Positions 49,188 to 59,539 of a stretch of DNA of 64,000 nt are shown in pieces (the stretch's first letter is position 1; each line of letters opens with the position of its first letter). A model generated the notes under the pieces. That model saw only the letters and a list, made by a program, of their open reading frames with translations. It searched no databases and was not told the origin of the DNA. This DNA is from Polyangiales bacterium. GTDB lineage: Bacteria > Myxococcota_A > Polyangia > Polyangiales > Ga0077539. The position numbers and the translations under genes were made by a program. Location of the stretch: NCBI GenBank assembly GCA_044229975.1, contig JBGARZ010000015.1:1-64000 (forward strand), given 5' to 3'.

Positions 49188-49202
49188 GGACGCCCTATCC
49201 AC

Positions 49203-49623
49203 CACCGTCCCACGCGCTCACGCCCACGGCCAACATCACTGCCCCGTAGGCCAATGCCATCGCCGCCGTCGCCCACGGGCTCGGCTCCCCCGACGGACCC
49301 TCCGCGTCTGACGACCGCCACGCGCCGCGCGTCTGCGCCACCGTCACCGCCGTCGCCGCCACCACCGCCGCGCCCAGGGTCACCCCCAACGGAACCACCA
49401 CCCGCGCCGCGACGCTCGCCGTCGCCCGCCACGGGTCGACGTCCCCGCGCGCAGCCTGCGTGAGCATCTCGCGCATCGCGCTTCGTAGCGCCGCGCCCAA
49501 GGCCGGCAGCGTCGCGAGCACGGCCACCGTCGTCGCGCCGAACACCGCCACGCCCGACACGGGCGATCGCCCATCGCGGAGCGCGCGGTCGAGCTCACGC
49601 GCGGTCGGCGGCTGCGTCGTCAC
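49203..49623 (-). pseudogene. FlhB/YscU-like gene, 3'-truncated (copy B)
   Basis: Homologous to 34759-35177; cut after ...AWDG by the module end. Confidence 0.85.
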
Positions 49624-49642
49624 GGCTCGCGATCATAGACGC

Positions 49643-50443
49643 TCACTCTGCCGGAACGAGCGCCACCTCGAACATCACCGGCCAGAGCTTGCCCGTCAGG
49701 AGAAGTCGCCGCGTCGAGGGCTCGTAGGCGATGCCGTTGAGCACCGCCTCGGGTTCGGTGAGGCCGAGCGAGAGGCGCGAGAAGGGCACCGTGATCCACG
49801 CGACGACGTGGCCGGTGGCCGGATCGATGCGCGCGATGCGGTCGCTGTGCCAGACGTTGGCGAAGACCTCGCCCTCCACCATCTCCAGCTCGTTGAGCTG
49901 GTCGATGGGGTTGCCCCGCCAGGTCACCCGAACGCGTCGTCGCTCGACGAAGGTGTCGGGGTCGAAGAAGCGCAGGGTGTCGGTTCCGTCGCTCATGATG
50001 AGGAGGTGGCCGTCGTGCGTGAGGCCCCAGCCTTCGCCCTCGTAGCCATGAGTGGTCACGGGCTCTAGCGTCGCGGCGTCGTACACGAAGCAGGTCTGCG
50101 TCTGGTAGGTGATCTGGAAGACGCGGTTGCCGAGGACGGTGAGCCCTTCGGCGAAGTGTTCGTCGGACACCTCGCGGCGTCGCGTGATGGCGCCGGTGGT
50201 GGCGTCGAGCACGCGCACCGACGACCGGCCGCGCAGGCCGGTGCTCTCGTAGAGGGCACCCGCGTGGAAGGTGAGCCCCTGGAGGAACGCCTCGCGATCG
50301 TGGGGAATGCGCGCGATGACGCGGGCCGTGTAGCGCGTCGGCGGCGTGGTCGGGGCGGTCGGAGCCGCGGGCGCGACGGGCGAGGGGAGGGCGGGGAAGC
50401 AGCCCGGGAGCATGACGAGGGCGACGACGGACAGGCGCACCAT
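49643..50443 (-). CDS. Glutaminyl-peptide cyclotransferase (intact copy B)
   Basis: PHD..AF.QGL, ESTG, FAEGL, GEGWGL, SDG, LNELE, LNGIAY, TGK.WP. Confidence 0.93.
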   Translation of the reverse strand: MVRLSVVALVMLPGCFPALPSPVAPAAPTAPTTPPTRYTARVIARIPHDREAFLQGLTFHAGALYESTGLRGRSSVRVLDATTGAITRRREVSDEHFAEGLTVLGNRVFQITYQTQTCFVYDAATLEPVTTHGYEGEGWGLTHDGHLLIMSDGTDTLRFFDPDTFVERRRVRVTWRGNPIDQLNELEMVEGEVFANVWHSDRIARIDPATGHVVAWITVPFSRLSLGLTEPEAVLNGIAYEPSTRRLLLTGKLWPVMFEVALVPAE

Positions 50444-50488
50444 TGCCCCGATAACACGTTGTCCGGAGGCGCGGTGTACGCTCGGCCG

Positions 50489-50857
50489 ATGAGCTCGCTG
50501 GCACCCTGCACCTCCTGCTCGCGCCACGTTCGCACCGACGAGAGCGCCTGCCCCTTCTGCCGCGCACCACGGGTCGCGCGCGCCGAGTCCGCGCCGTGGT
50601 TTCCGCGCGCTTCGCGGGCCGTGTTGTTCACCGCGGGCGCGTCGCTCGCGCTGGCCGCCGGGGCCGATGCGTTCATCTCGACGGCGCACGCCGACACGCA
50701 TGAGGCGGTGTCGATGGTTCCGCAGTACGGCGCGCCGTCGGACTACCTGCCGCCGCCGGAGCCGCCCTCGTCCCCGGTGACGCCGACGGACGCGGGGACT
50801 CCTCCACCGGTGGATGCCGGACGGGAGAGCCCGCGTCCGCCGCGCGGTCGGCACTAG
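50489..50857 (+). CDS. Small myxobacterial-type protein (PCxxCxRHV...CPFC, YGAP)
   Basis: N-terminal Zn-ribbon-like motif, hydrophobic stretch, YGAP motif. Confidence 0.7.
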   Translation: MSSLAPCTSCSRHVRTDESACPFCRAPRVARAESAPWFPRASRAVLFTAGASLALAAGADAFISTAHADTHEAVSMVPQYGAPSDYLPPPEPPSSPVTPTDAGTPPPVDAGRESPRPPRGRH

Positions 50858-50891
50858 TCAGCGCCCTGCGCGGCGTTGTTATGCTCGCGGA

Positions 50892-51473
50892 GTGATCACC
50901 GACGCGGCGCCGCGGGAGGCATCAGCAAAGAGGGAGTTCGAGGCGAGCGAGGCGCTCACGGCCTTCGCGCCGCCGCCACCTGCGGACGCGTTGCAGGCGG
51001 CGACGCTGGTGCTGTGCGCGGCGATCGAGGGTGGCGACTCGAAGGACGTGCGGCGTGCATGCGACGGGGTGCTGTCACCGCTGGCGGATTTTTTCGGGGT
51101 GACGGCGCCGCCGGTGCGGGTGCTCGGGGTGCGGCCGCATCGGGTGAACGAGGGCGTCACGACGTACCAGCTCTACGGCGACTACTCGCCCGACACGCAG
51201 AAGGTGAGGGTGTGGTTGCGGACGGCGGTGCGCGGGAAGGTGTCGTCGCCGCGATCGTTTCTGAGCACGCTGGTGCACGAGTTCTGTCACCACCTCGATT
51301 GCGTGAAGCTGGAGTGGCCGGGGAGCTTCCACACGCGCGGGTTCTATGGGCGGGTCGACCAGCTCTACCACCTGGCGCTGGCGACGCCGGACGCGCAGCG
51401 CCGCCCGCTCCACTGGGTGAAGATGGGCGGCGTGTGGCGCATCGACTGGACGCGCTCGCGCACGGCGCGGTGA
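50892..51473 (+). CDS. SprT-like HExxH zinc metalloprotein
   Basis: TLVHEFCHH.D........HT.GFY. Confidence 0.75.
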   Translation: MITDAAPREASAKREFEASEALTAFAPPPPADALQAATLVLCAAIEGGDSKDVRRACDGVLSPLADFFGVTAPPVRVLGVRPHRVNEGVTTYQLYGDYSPDTQKVRVWLRTAVRGKVSSPRSFLSTLVHEFCHHLDCVKLEWPGSFHTRGFYGRVDQLYHLALATPDAQRRPLHWVKMGGVWRIDWTRSRTAR

Positions 51474-51776
51474 GCGGGACGACGGTCGTTGTACCCGCTC
51501 GTGGCCGGGGTTGGTCGCGTCCCGCGCCTGCACCACCGGGCAAGCGAAAGCAGGCGCCCCTTCGGGGCTTTCGGAAGCAATCGGCCACCGCGATCGGGCT
51601 CAGTGTCCCGTCCCACGCCGCGGCGTCAGCGCGGCGCGCGAAGGCTACGTCAACAATCCCCCGTTGATTGGGGGGCTGACCGTTGCGCGCCGCGCTGACG
51701 CCGCGGCGTGGGCTCCAACTGGGAGCCCGACCTCACTGTTGAGCGCTTCTGGAAGCCCCGGAGGGGCGCCTGCTTT

Positions 51777-53701
51777 GTGCGCCCGGCATGGGCGTTGGCT
51801 TCGGGGTGCAAGTCCCCGGGAAAGTAGGTCATGACGATCCACGCGAGAGGCAAGGGCAGCGAGGCAACGGACTGTCTGAAGGAAGCCCGACGCGAAACGG
51901 CGAGCCGACGGACAGAAAGCCGATGTGAGGCCGTGCGGTCTGGGGCGAGCGGGCAAGGAGCCGCGAAGCTCCAATGACCAAGAGACCGTGCGGTAGATCG
52001 GGCGGTTGCGCCGTGAAAGCCAGCGTTTCTTACCCGGGGAGATCCTGCTTCACGCCTGAAAGGGCGACACACACCAACGTGCGGCGCAGGAAGTCAGCAG
52101 AGGTCGTAGTAGCGCGTCCGAAAACCTGGGCTCCCGCGCCGACGTCGCCAACGACGTCGGAGACACGACGGGGAACGCCACGACGAAGGGCCGACGGCCG
52201 CGCAAAGGACCAAACGGAAGGGAGGGTGCATCGACCATGAGTCTCAAAAGGGAACCGCCTCAGATGCCCGGGACACCACCGGGGCGAGGGAGGCGCGACG
52301 AGGGTGAAGCCCTCAACGCGCAGCCCCGCGAGGAAGACCCCACGGCGACGAAAGGAGACGAGCACTCGGGCACCAGCGCCTTGCTGGAGGCGGTCCTCGG
52401 AAGGGACAACCTCTTGCGGGCGCTCCAGCGGGTGCAGAGCAACCGGGGCAGCCCCGGAGTGGACGGGATGGAGACGAAGGATCTCGCGGCCCACCTGCGT
52501 GTGCACTGGCCGCGTCTGCGCGAGGACCTCCTCGCGGGGCGCTACCAACCGCAGCCGGTGAGATCGTGCGAGATCCCCAAGGCGTCGGGCGGCACGAGGA
52601 CTCTCGGCATCCCGACGGCCCTGGATCGTCTCCTCCAACAGGCGATCCTCCAGGTGCTTCAGCCTCGATTCGATCCGACCTTCTCACAGCACAGCTACGG
52701 GTTCCGCCCGGGGCGCAGCGCGCACGACGCGATTGTCGTCGCACAGCGCTACGTCCAGGAGGGGCGCGGGGTGGTGGTGGACGTGGACCTCGAAGCGTTC
52801 TTCGACCGCGTGAACCACGACGTGCTGATGGGCCGGTTGGCCAAACGCATCGAGGACAAGCGCCTGCTGAGGCTCATCCGTCGCTACCTGGAGGCCGGGA
52901 TGATGGCCGACGGGATCGCGACGGCGCGGACGGAGGGAACGCCGCAAGGCGGCCCGCTGTCACCACTGCTGGCGAACGTGCTTCTGGACGAAGTGGACAA
53001 GGAGTTGGAGCAGCGCGGTCACGCGTTCGTGCGCTACGCCGACGACCTCAACGTGTACGTGAGGTCGGAGCGGGCGGGCGAGCGAGTGATGGCATTCCTG
53101 CGGGAGCGCTTCGCGTCGCTGCACCTCCGGGTCAACGAGTCCAAGAGCGCGGTGGCGCCGGTCAAGGGACGGAAGTTCCTGGGCTTTCAGTTCTACGCGC
53201 ACGGCGGAGAAGTGAAGCGAGGGGTGTCGGCGAAGTCGCAAGAGGCGTTCAAGGCGCGTGTGCGGGAGCTCACGAGCCGGACGGCGGGTCGCAGTCTGGT
53301 GCAACTGATCGAGAGGCTGAATCGGTACCTGCGTGGGTGGTGGGCGTACTACCGCCTCACGCAGCAGACGAAGCTCTTCGAGGGGCTGGACGAGTGGATT
53401 CGCCGTCGCCTTCGGATGGTGCAACTGAAGCACTGGAAGCGAGGCATCACGATCTACCAGTCGCTGCGCGCCCTTGGACAAGGGGACGAAGCAAGCTGGA
53501 AGTCGGTGGCCTCGGCCGGTGGCTGGTGGCGCCGCGCGCTCCGCCTGGGCTTCACGCTCCGACCCAGTTGGTTCGACAGCCTCGGGTTGTGGAGGCTACG
53601 GAGGTGACCTCAACCGTCCGAACCGCCGGATGCGGACCCGCTTGTCCGGTGGTGTGGCAGGGGTCGGCTCCTCCTCACGGAGGGGCCGCCCCTATGCCGA
53701 T
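51777..53701 (+). mobile_element. Group II intron, bacterial class C
   Basis: 5' GTGCGCCCGGCATGGGCG; short domain V gaaccgccggatgcggacccgcttgtccggtggtgtg; domain VI ending ...ctatgccgAT; removing it restores the palindrome arm exactly. Confidence 0.95.
52237..53607 (+). CDS. ltrA: Group II intron reverse transcriptase/maturase, no endonuclease domain
   Basis: PGVDG, IPK..G..R.LGIP, SYGFRPGRS.H, GTPQGGPLSPLLAN, RYADD, FLGF, maturase X domain. Confidence 0.96.
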   Translation: MSLKREPPQMPGTPPGRGRRDEGEALNAQPREEDPTATKGDEHSGTSALLEAVLGRDNLLRALQRVQSNRGSPGVDGMETKDLAAHLRVHWPRLREDLLAGRYQPQPVRSCEIPKASGGTRTLGIPTALDRLLQQAILQVLQPRFDPTFSQHSYGFRPGRSAHDAIVVAQRYVQEGRGVVVDVDLEAFFDRVNHDVLMGRLAKRIEDKRLLRLIRRYLEAGMMADGIATARTEGTPQGGPLSPLLANVLLDEVDKELEQRGHAFVRYADDLNVYVRSERAGERVMAFLRERFASLHLRVNESKSAVAPVKGRKFLGFQFYAHGGEVKRGVSAKSQEAFKARVRELTSRTAGRSLVQLIERLNRYLRGWWAYYRLTQQTKLFEGLDEWIRRRLRMVQLKHWKRGITIYQSLRALGQGDEASWKSVASAGGWWRRALRLGFTLRPSWFDSLGLWRLRR

Positions 53702-53776
53702 CGCTTGCCCGGTGGTGCAGGCGCGGGACGCGACCACACCCGGTCCGAAGTGGTCGCACGATCACCCGATGACCTG

Positions 53777-55699
53777 TCAGTGCACCCCGAGCAGCCCCGC
53801 GACGCGCGACGCCACGAAGGCCATCACCCACGCGAGCGCGTAGGTGTACCCCGCGACGAAGAACACCCACCGCCACGACCGGGTCTCCCGCCTGATCGCC
53901 GCGAGCGTGCTCATGCACTGGCAGGCGAACACGAAGAACACCAGCAGCGACACCCCCGTCCGCGCGCTGTACCGCAGCCCGCCGCGCTCGTTGCGCGCCG
54001 TGCTCAGTCGCGTGGCCAGCGAGCGCGGGTGCTCGTCGGCGTCCTCGATGCCGGAGATCACACCCAGCGTCCCGACCATCAGCTCTCGCGCGCCAAACGA
54101 CCCGACGAGCCCGACGTTGATGCGCCAGTCGAAGCCCAAGGGTCGCGTCACCGGCTCCAGCGCACGCCCGAGCGACGCGCCCAGCGAGCGCTCCATCGTG
54201 GCCGCGGGTGTCGCCTCCGTCGCCGCGGGCGCTCCCGGCGTCGGGACGTGCAGCAGCACCCAGAGCACCGCGCCGCATGCGAGGATGGTGGTGCCCACGT
54301 CGCGCACGAAGCGCTTGCCCGCGAGCAGACACGCGCGGGCGATGGCGCGCGGGTCGGGCGATCGGTACGCGGGCATCTCCAGCACCATCGGGAGCCGACG
54401 CCCCCTGGTGGCGCTGCGACGCAGCACCAACGACACCACCACCGACGCCGCCACGCCCGTCGCGTAGAGCGCGACGAAGAGAACGGCCTGCAACACCGGC
54501 CGCCCCCCGAAGAAGGCCGCGAGCACGAGGCCGTAGGTGGGGATGCGCGCCGAGCAGGTGAGCAGCGGCAGCACGAGGATGAGCGTGAGGCGCTCGCGTG
54601 GGTCGCGCAGGATGCGCGTCGCAGCAATGGCAGGCACCGCGCACGCGTGGGCCGTGAGCATCGGAACGAACGACCGCCCGCCGAGCCCGAAGGGTCGCAG
54701 CACGCCGTCGATGAGGAAGGCGCCGCGGGCGAGGTAGCCGCTGGCGTCGAGCAGCTCCATCGCCGCCGTGAGCACGACGATCTGCGGGAGAAACGCGAGC
54801 ACGGTGCCGGCACCCCCGAGGAGGCCGTCGGTGACGAAGGACGCGAGTGCTCCTGGGCCGAGCGCGCGCACGACGAGCAGCCCGAGGCGCTGCACCCCCG
54901 CGTCGAGCGCCGTCGTCACCGGGTCGGCCACGGCGTACACCGCGGCGAAGAGCGCCACCATCAGCCCCAGAAACACCAACGGTCCCAGCACCGGGTGGAG
55001 GAGCAGGCGGTCGAAGTGCTCGGTGCGCTCGCGCCGCGCCTTCGCCTCGGCCGGAACCCTCGCCACGTCGCGAATCGCGCGGGCGGCGAGCTCATCGGCG
55101 CTCCAGGTTGGCGCGGCGCGCGGGGTCGGTTGCGCCTCGCTGGAGAGCAGCGCCGTCACCGCCTCGCGCAGGGTCTCTCGCGCGGCGGCCTCGCGCGCGT
55201 TGACGGCCACGACTGGGACGCCGAGCGCCTCGCTCAAAGGCTCCACGGAGAGCGAGCGGCCTTCGGCGGCGAGCACGTCGCGTTGCGTGAGCACGATGAG
55301 CAGCGGCAGCGGGCGCGCGAGGAGCTCGCGGGTGAAGGTCAGCCCCGCGGCGAGCTGTGAGGCGTCGAGCACCTGCACCAGCACGGCGCGCGACTGGTCG
55401 GCGATCACCCGGTCGATGAACACTCGCGCGACGCCCTCGTCGGTGCCCGGGTCGAGCGCCGCGTCGAGGCTGTACACGCCGGGGAGGTCGACGACGCGAA
55501 GCGTTCCGTGGGGGGCGCCGAGCGCGAGGTCGGTGCAGAGCACGTCGACGGTGATGCCGGGGAAATTTCCCACCTTGGCGTCGGCCCCGGTGAGGCGGTT
55601 GTAGACCGACGACTTGCCCGCGTTGGGGCGCCCGACGAGCAGCACCGAGGGCAGCGCGTCGTCGAGGAGGTGATGCGCCCCGTGGTGGTCGTGGCTCAC
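53777..55699 (-). CDS. feoB: Ferrous iron transporter B
   Basis: GRPNAGKSS..N.LTG, GNFPGITV, DLPG.YSL, CSARIP.Y, E.P.Y..P. Confidence 0.95.
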   Translation of the reverse strand: MSHDHHGAHHLLDDALPSVLLVGRPNAGKSSVYNRLTGADAKVGNFPGITVDVLCTDLALGAPHGTLRVVDLPGVYSLDAALDPGTDEGVARVFIDRVIADQSRAVLVQVLDASQLAAGLTFTRELLARPLPLLIVLTQRDVLAAEGRSLSVEPLSEALGVPVVAVNAREAAARETLREAVTALLSSEAQPTPRAAPTWSADELAARAIRDVARVPAEAKARRERTEHFDRLLLHPVLGPLVFLGLMVALFAAVYAVADPVTTALDAGVQRLGLLVVRALGPGALASFVTDGLLGGAGTVLAFLPQIVVLTAAMELLDASGYLARGAFLIDGVLRPFGLGGRSFVPMLTAHACAVPAIAATRILRDPRERLTLILVLPLLTCSARIPTYGLVLAAFFGGRPVLQAVLFVALYATGVAASVVVSLVLRRSATRGRRLPMVLEMPAYRSPDPRAIARACLLAGKRFVRDVGTTILACGAVLWVLLHVPTPGAPAATEATPAATMERSLGASLGRALEPVTRPLGFDWRINVGLVGSFGARELMVGTLGVISGIEDADEHPRSLATRLSTARNERGGLRYSARTGVSLLVFFVFACQCMSTLAAIRRETRSWRWVFFVAGYTYALAWVMAFVASRVAGLLGVH

Positions 55700-55926
55700 G
55701 CGCAGGGCTCGACGTCGATGGAGGCCGCGACCAACGGGTCGATGGCGAAGGCCGTGCGCTCGCCGACGCGCACCTGCAACGGACCCCCCAGCGGGCCCGC
55801 GCGCAGCACCGACACCGTGGCGCCCTCGGAGAGCCCCAGCGCGCGAAGCCAGCGCGACTCTTCAACGTCGAGGTGCAGGGCCGTGATGCGGGCAGCGGTG
55901 CGGTGCGGGAGCTCTCGGAGGGTCAT
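55696..55926 (-). CDS. feoA: Ferrous iron transport protein A
   Basis: L..LGL..G..V.V.R.GPLGGP..V.V; overlaps the feoB start. Confidence 0.92.
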   Translation of the reverse strand: MTLRELPHRTAARITALHLDVEESRWLRALGLSEGATVSVLRAGPLGGPLQVRVGERTAFAIDPLVAASIDVEPCA

Positions 55927-56048
55927 CGGTCCGGTGCCTGCGCGGAGGGGCTTATCACGGTTCGATCCGGTGGTGAGCCGGTCGCTTGTGGGGACGTTCG
56001 GGCCCGTGGCAGAGTCCGCCGCGAAGAGGGTCTTCCCGAGGAGCGTCC

Positions 56049-56507
56049 ATGAGCGAGATGAGCGACCGCATCGATGTGATCACCGACCTGCTGATGGGCG
56101 CCGCGCACGCCGACGGCGCCTCGGACGGCAGCGAAGAGGCGGCCGTCCGCAAGCTCCTGGGCGAGCTGCTCGGCGACGCGACGCTCCCCGCCGAGGTCGA
56201 CGAGCGCATCAAGAACTTCGACCCGAAGGGCTTCGACCTGAAGGCCGCGGCGGCGCACTTCACCGACGACAGCCTGTCGCGCAAGCGCCGGCTGCTGGAG
56301 CTGGTCGAGGCCGTGGGCGACGCCGACGAGGTCATCGACTCCCAGGAAGACGACTACCTCGTGGCGCTCGGCGAGGCCCTCGGGCTCAAGCGCGAGGAGT
56401 ACGCCGACCTCGCGCTGGAGATCGAGGAGCTGCGCGAGGCCCTCGACGACGTGCGCCGCCCGACCCCGCCGGTGATGCTCCTGTCACCGAAGCCGAAGAA
56501 GCTCTGA
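56049..56507 (+). CDS. TerB-family protein
   Basis: A.HADG..D..E and V.DAD..ID..E motifs; GAGGAG RBS. Confidence 0.85.
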   Translation: MSEMSDRIDVITDLLMGAAHADGASDGSEEAAVRKLLGELLGDATLPAEVDERIKNFDPKGFDLKAAAAHFTDDSLSRKRRLLELVEAVGDADEVIDSQEDDYLVALGEALGLKREEYADLALEIEELREALDDVRRPTPPVMLLSPKPKKL

Positions 56508-56514
56508 CCCGCCC

Positions 56515-56856
56515 TCAGCGCAGCGACGCGGGGTACGCGGCGACGACGCTGCGGACGGGCCGCTCGATGCGCTCGACCACCGACGTGACGAGGTCGCGCT
56601 CGCCGCGGCGGAAGTACACCGAGTGACCCACGCCGGGTTGTTCGAGGGTGGGGAGGATGTTGCCGTGGACGTGCTTGAGTGCGCCCGCGAGGCGTCGGCC
56701 GACGGCGGGGTGGTCGTCGCGCCAGGTGTCGTCCGCGCGGTCGCGTACGGCCACGCAGACCTCCGCGCGCACGTGGTACTCGGTGTTGCGCGTCACGAAG
56801 ACCCGGTGCACCCGGCGCTCTGACCCTTGGTAGGACATGGACACTCTCCTCGCCAT
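56515..56856 (-). CDS. Hypothetical protein
   Basis: ERRVHRVFVTRNTEYH...CVAVRDR; host-like codon usage; true start may be 56838. Confidence 0.7.
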   Translation of the reverse strand: MARRVSMSYQGSERRVHRVFVTRNTEYHVRAEVCVAVRDRADDTWRDDHPAVGRRLAGALKHVHGNILPTLEQPGVGHSVYFRRGERDLVTSVVERIERPVRSVVAAYPASLR

Positions 56857-56891
56857 GACCCGTACGCCCGGGTCGGTCGGAGCGTCCAGAT

Positions 56892-57746
56892 TCAGGGGGT
56901 CTCTTCGGGCGCCGCCTCGCTGGTGTCCTCGGGAACGACAGCTCCTTCGGGCAGGAGCACCCCCTGCGCCCAGCGCTCGGTGCGCGCGCTCTCGTGCTGC
57001 TGCATGAGCGAGCGCGCCGCCACGCCGAGCAGCGCCCGGTCGGCGGCCGCAAACTCCGCCGCGAGGCTCGCGGGCGCGCCGTTGGACACCGCGTTGCGCT
57101 GCGCGCGCAGCTCCGTCGCCACCTGCGACGTGCGTTGAAACATCATCCCCTGCGCCGCCGATCGTCGCAGCAGCACCGCGAGCTGGTTGAGCACCACGGG
57201 CGCCGGGAGACCCTGCGTCCCCGGCTCGCCGTGCGGATCACACCGCGGCTGCTCGGCCTCTGGCGGCGTCGGCGTGATGGTGAGCGGCGTCGCTGTCTCG
57301 CCCGCCACGCGCTCGACCACCAGCGCCTGCTCGACCTCCAGCAAGGCTGCCCACCCCGCGCGATCGTCGATGCCCGCCGAGAGGGCCGTCACCCAACGTT
57401 GCAACACCTCCTCCGCGGCGGCCGTGCGACGGAGGCGCGTGGGCGCGCGCTCGATGTTCCCCTGGGCGAGGCGGGCCTGGGCCGCGGCGGCCACCCGGTC
57501 GAGCGGCGCGTCGGCCCCGAAGCACAGCATCGAGCGCAGCGCACCCAGCGCCTCCAGGCGGCGCGTGTCGGCCGTCGCGAGCTCACGCTGGAGCGAGTAC
57601 AGGGTCGCAAACCACCCGACGCGGGCGGGCTCGTCGGCGGTCACGCGCAGCTCGCGGTCGACCTGGGTGGCGCGCACCGGAGGACCCGACGCGCACCCGA
57701 GGAGGGCGGCGACGAGGAGCGCGCGAACAGAGGAAGGGGGCCTCAT
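56892..57746 (-). CDS. Putative lipoprotein
   Basis: LLGC lipobox; helical composition. Confidence 0.65.
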   Translation of the reverse strand: MRPPSSVRALLVAALLGCASGPPVRATQVDRELRVTADEPARVGWFATLYSLQRELATADTRRLEALGALRSMLCFGADAPLDRVAAAAQARLAQGNIERAPTRLRRTAAAEEVLQRWVTALSAGIDDRAGWAALLEVEQALVVERVAGETATPLTITPTPPEAEQPRCDPHGEPGTQGLPAPVVLNQLAVLLRRSAAQGMMFQRTSQVATELRAQRNAVSNGAPASLAAEFAAADRALLGVAARSLMQQHESARTERWAQGVLLPEGAVVPEDTSEAAPEETP

Positions 57747-57898
57747 CGCGGGACAGTCGGGGACAACAAAATACAAGTCGGCGACAACTTCACGGGGGTC
57801 AAAACGCTATCACCACCGCGGTTTCTGCGAGGTGCCGAAAACGTGAGGCATCCCGCACCCGAGCGGTACACACCGCGAGGTCTCAGCCCGGAGCGTTC

Positions 57899-59440
<1,542 letters not shown>

Positions 59441-59539
59441 TTCGACCGTTCCCTCAGGTCGGGCGACCGTCCGACCTTCGTCATCTCTCCCCTCCGCTTC
59501 GTCTGGTATACGGTCCGCCGCCCCTCCCCGGGGTGACCC

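Larger units (their letters stand above)
48003..49202 (+). repeat. 180-bp module, copy 3, interrupted by IS1595
   Basis: 48003-48175 plus 49196-49202; one substitution (C>T at 48083). Confidence 0.93.
51512..53736. repeat. 300-bp palindromic element, interrupted by the intron
   Basis: Left arm 51512-51578 pairs with 51745-51776 joined to 53702-53736; further nested stems inside. Confidence 0.85.

Noticed and set aside
37693..49202. 180-bp repeats as a CRISPR array
   Set aside because: Repeats are far too long, spacers are kilobases, and there are no cas genes.
37693..49202. 180-bp module as an ordinary MITE with an ATCCA target duplication
   Set aside because: Removing a module does not restore any gene; left and right flanks come from different loci. 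Not fully excluded without reads.
34759..50219. Duplication as a simple collapsed or duplicated assembly repeat
   Set aside because: The copies differ at many positions and have complementary lesions.
52237..53607. RT as a retron, DGR or defence RT
   Set aside because: It has a maturase domain and lies within clear group II intron ends and domain V.
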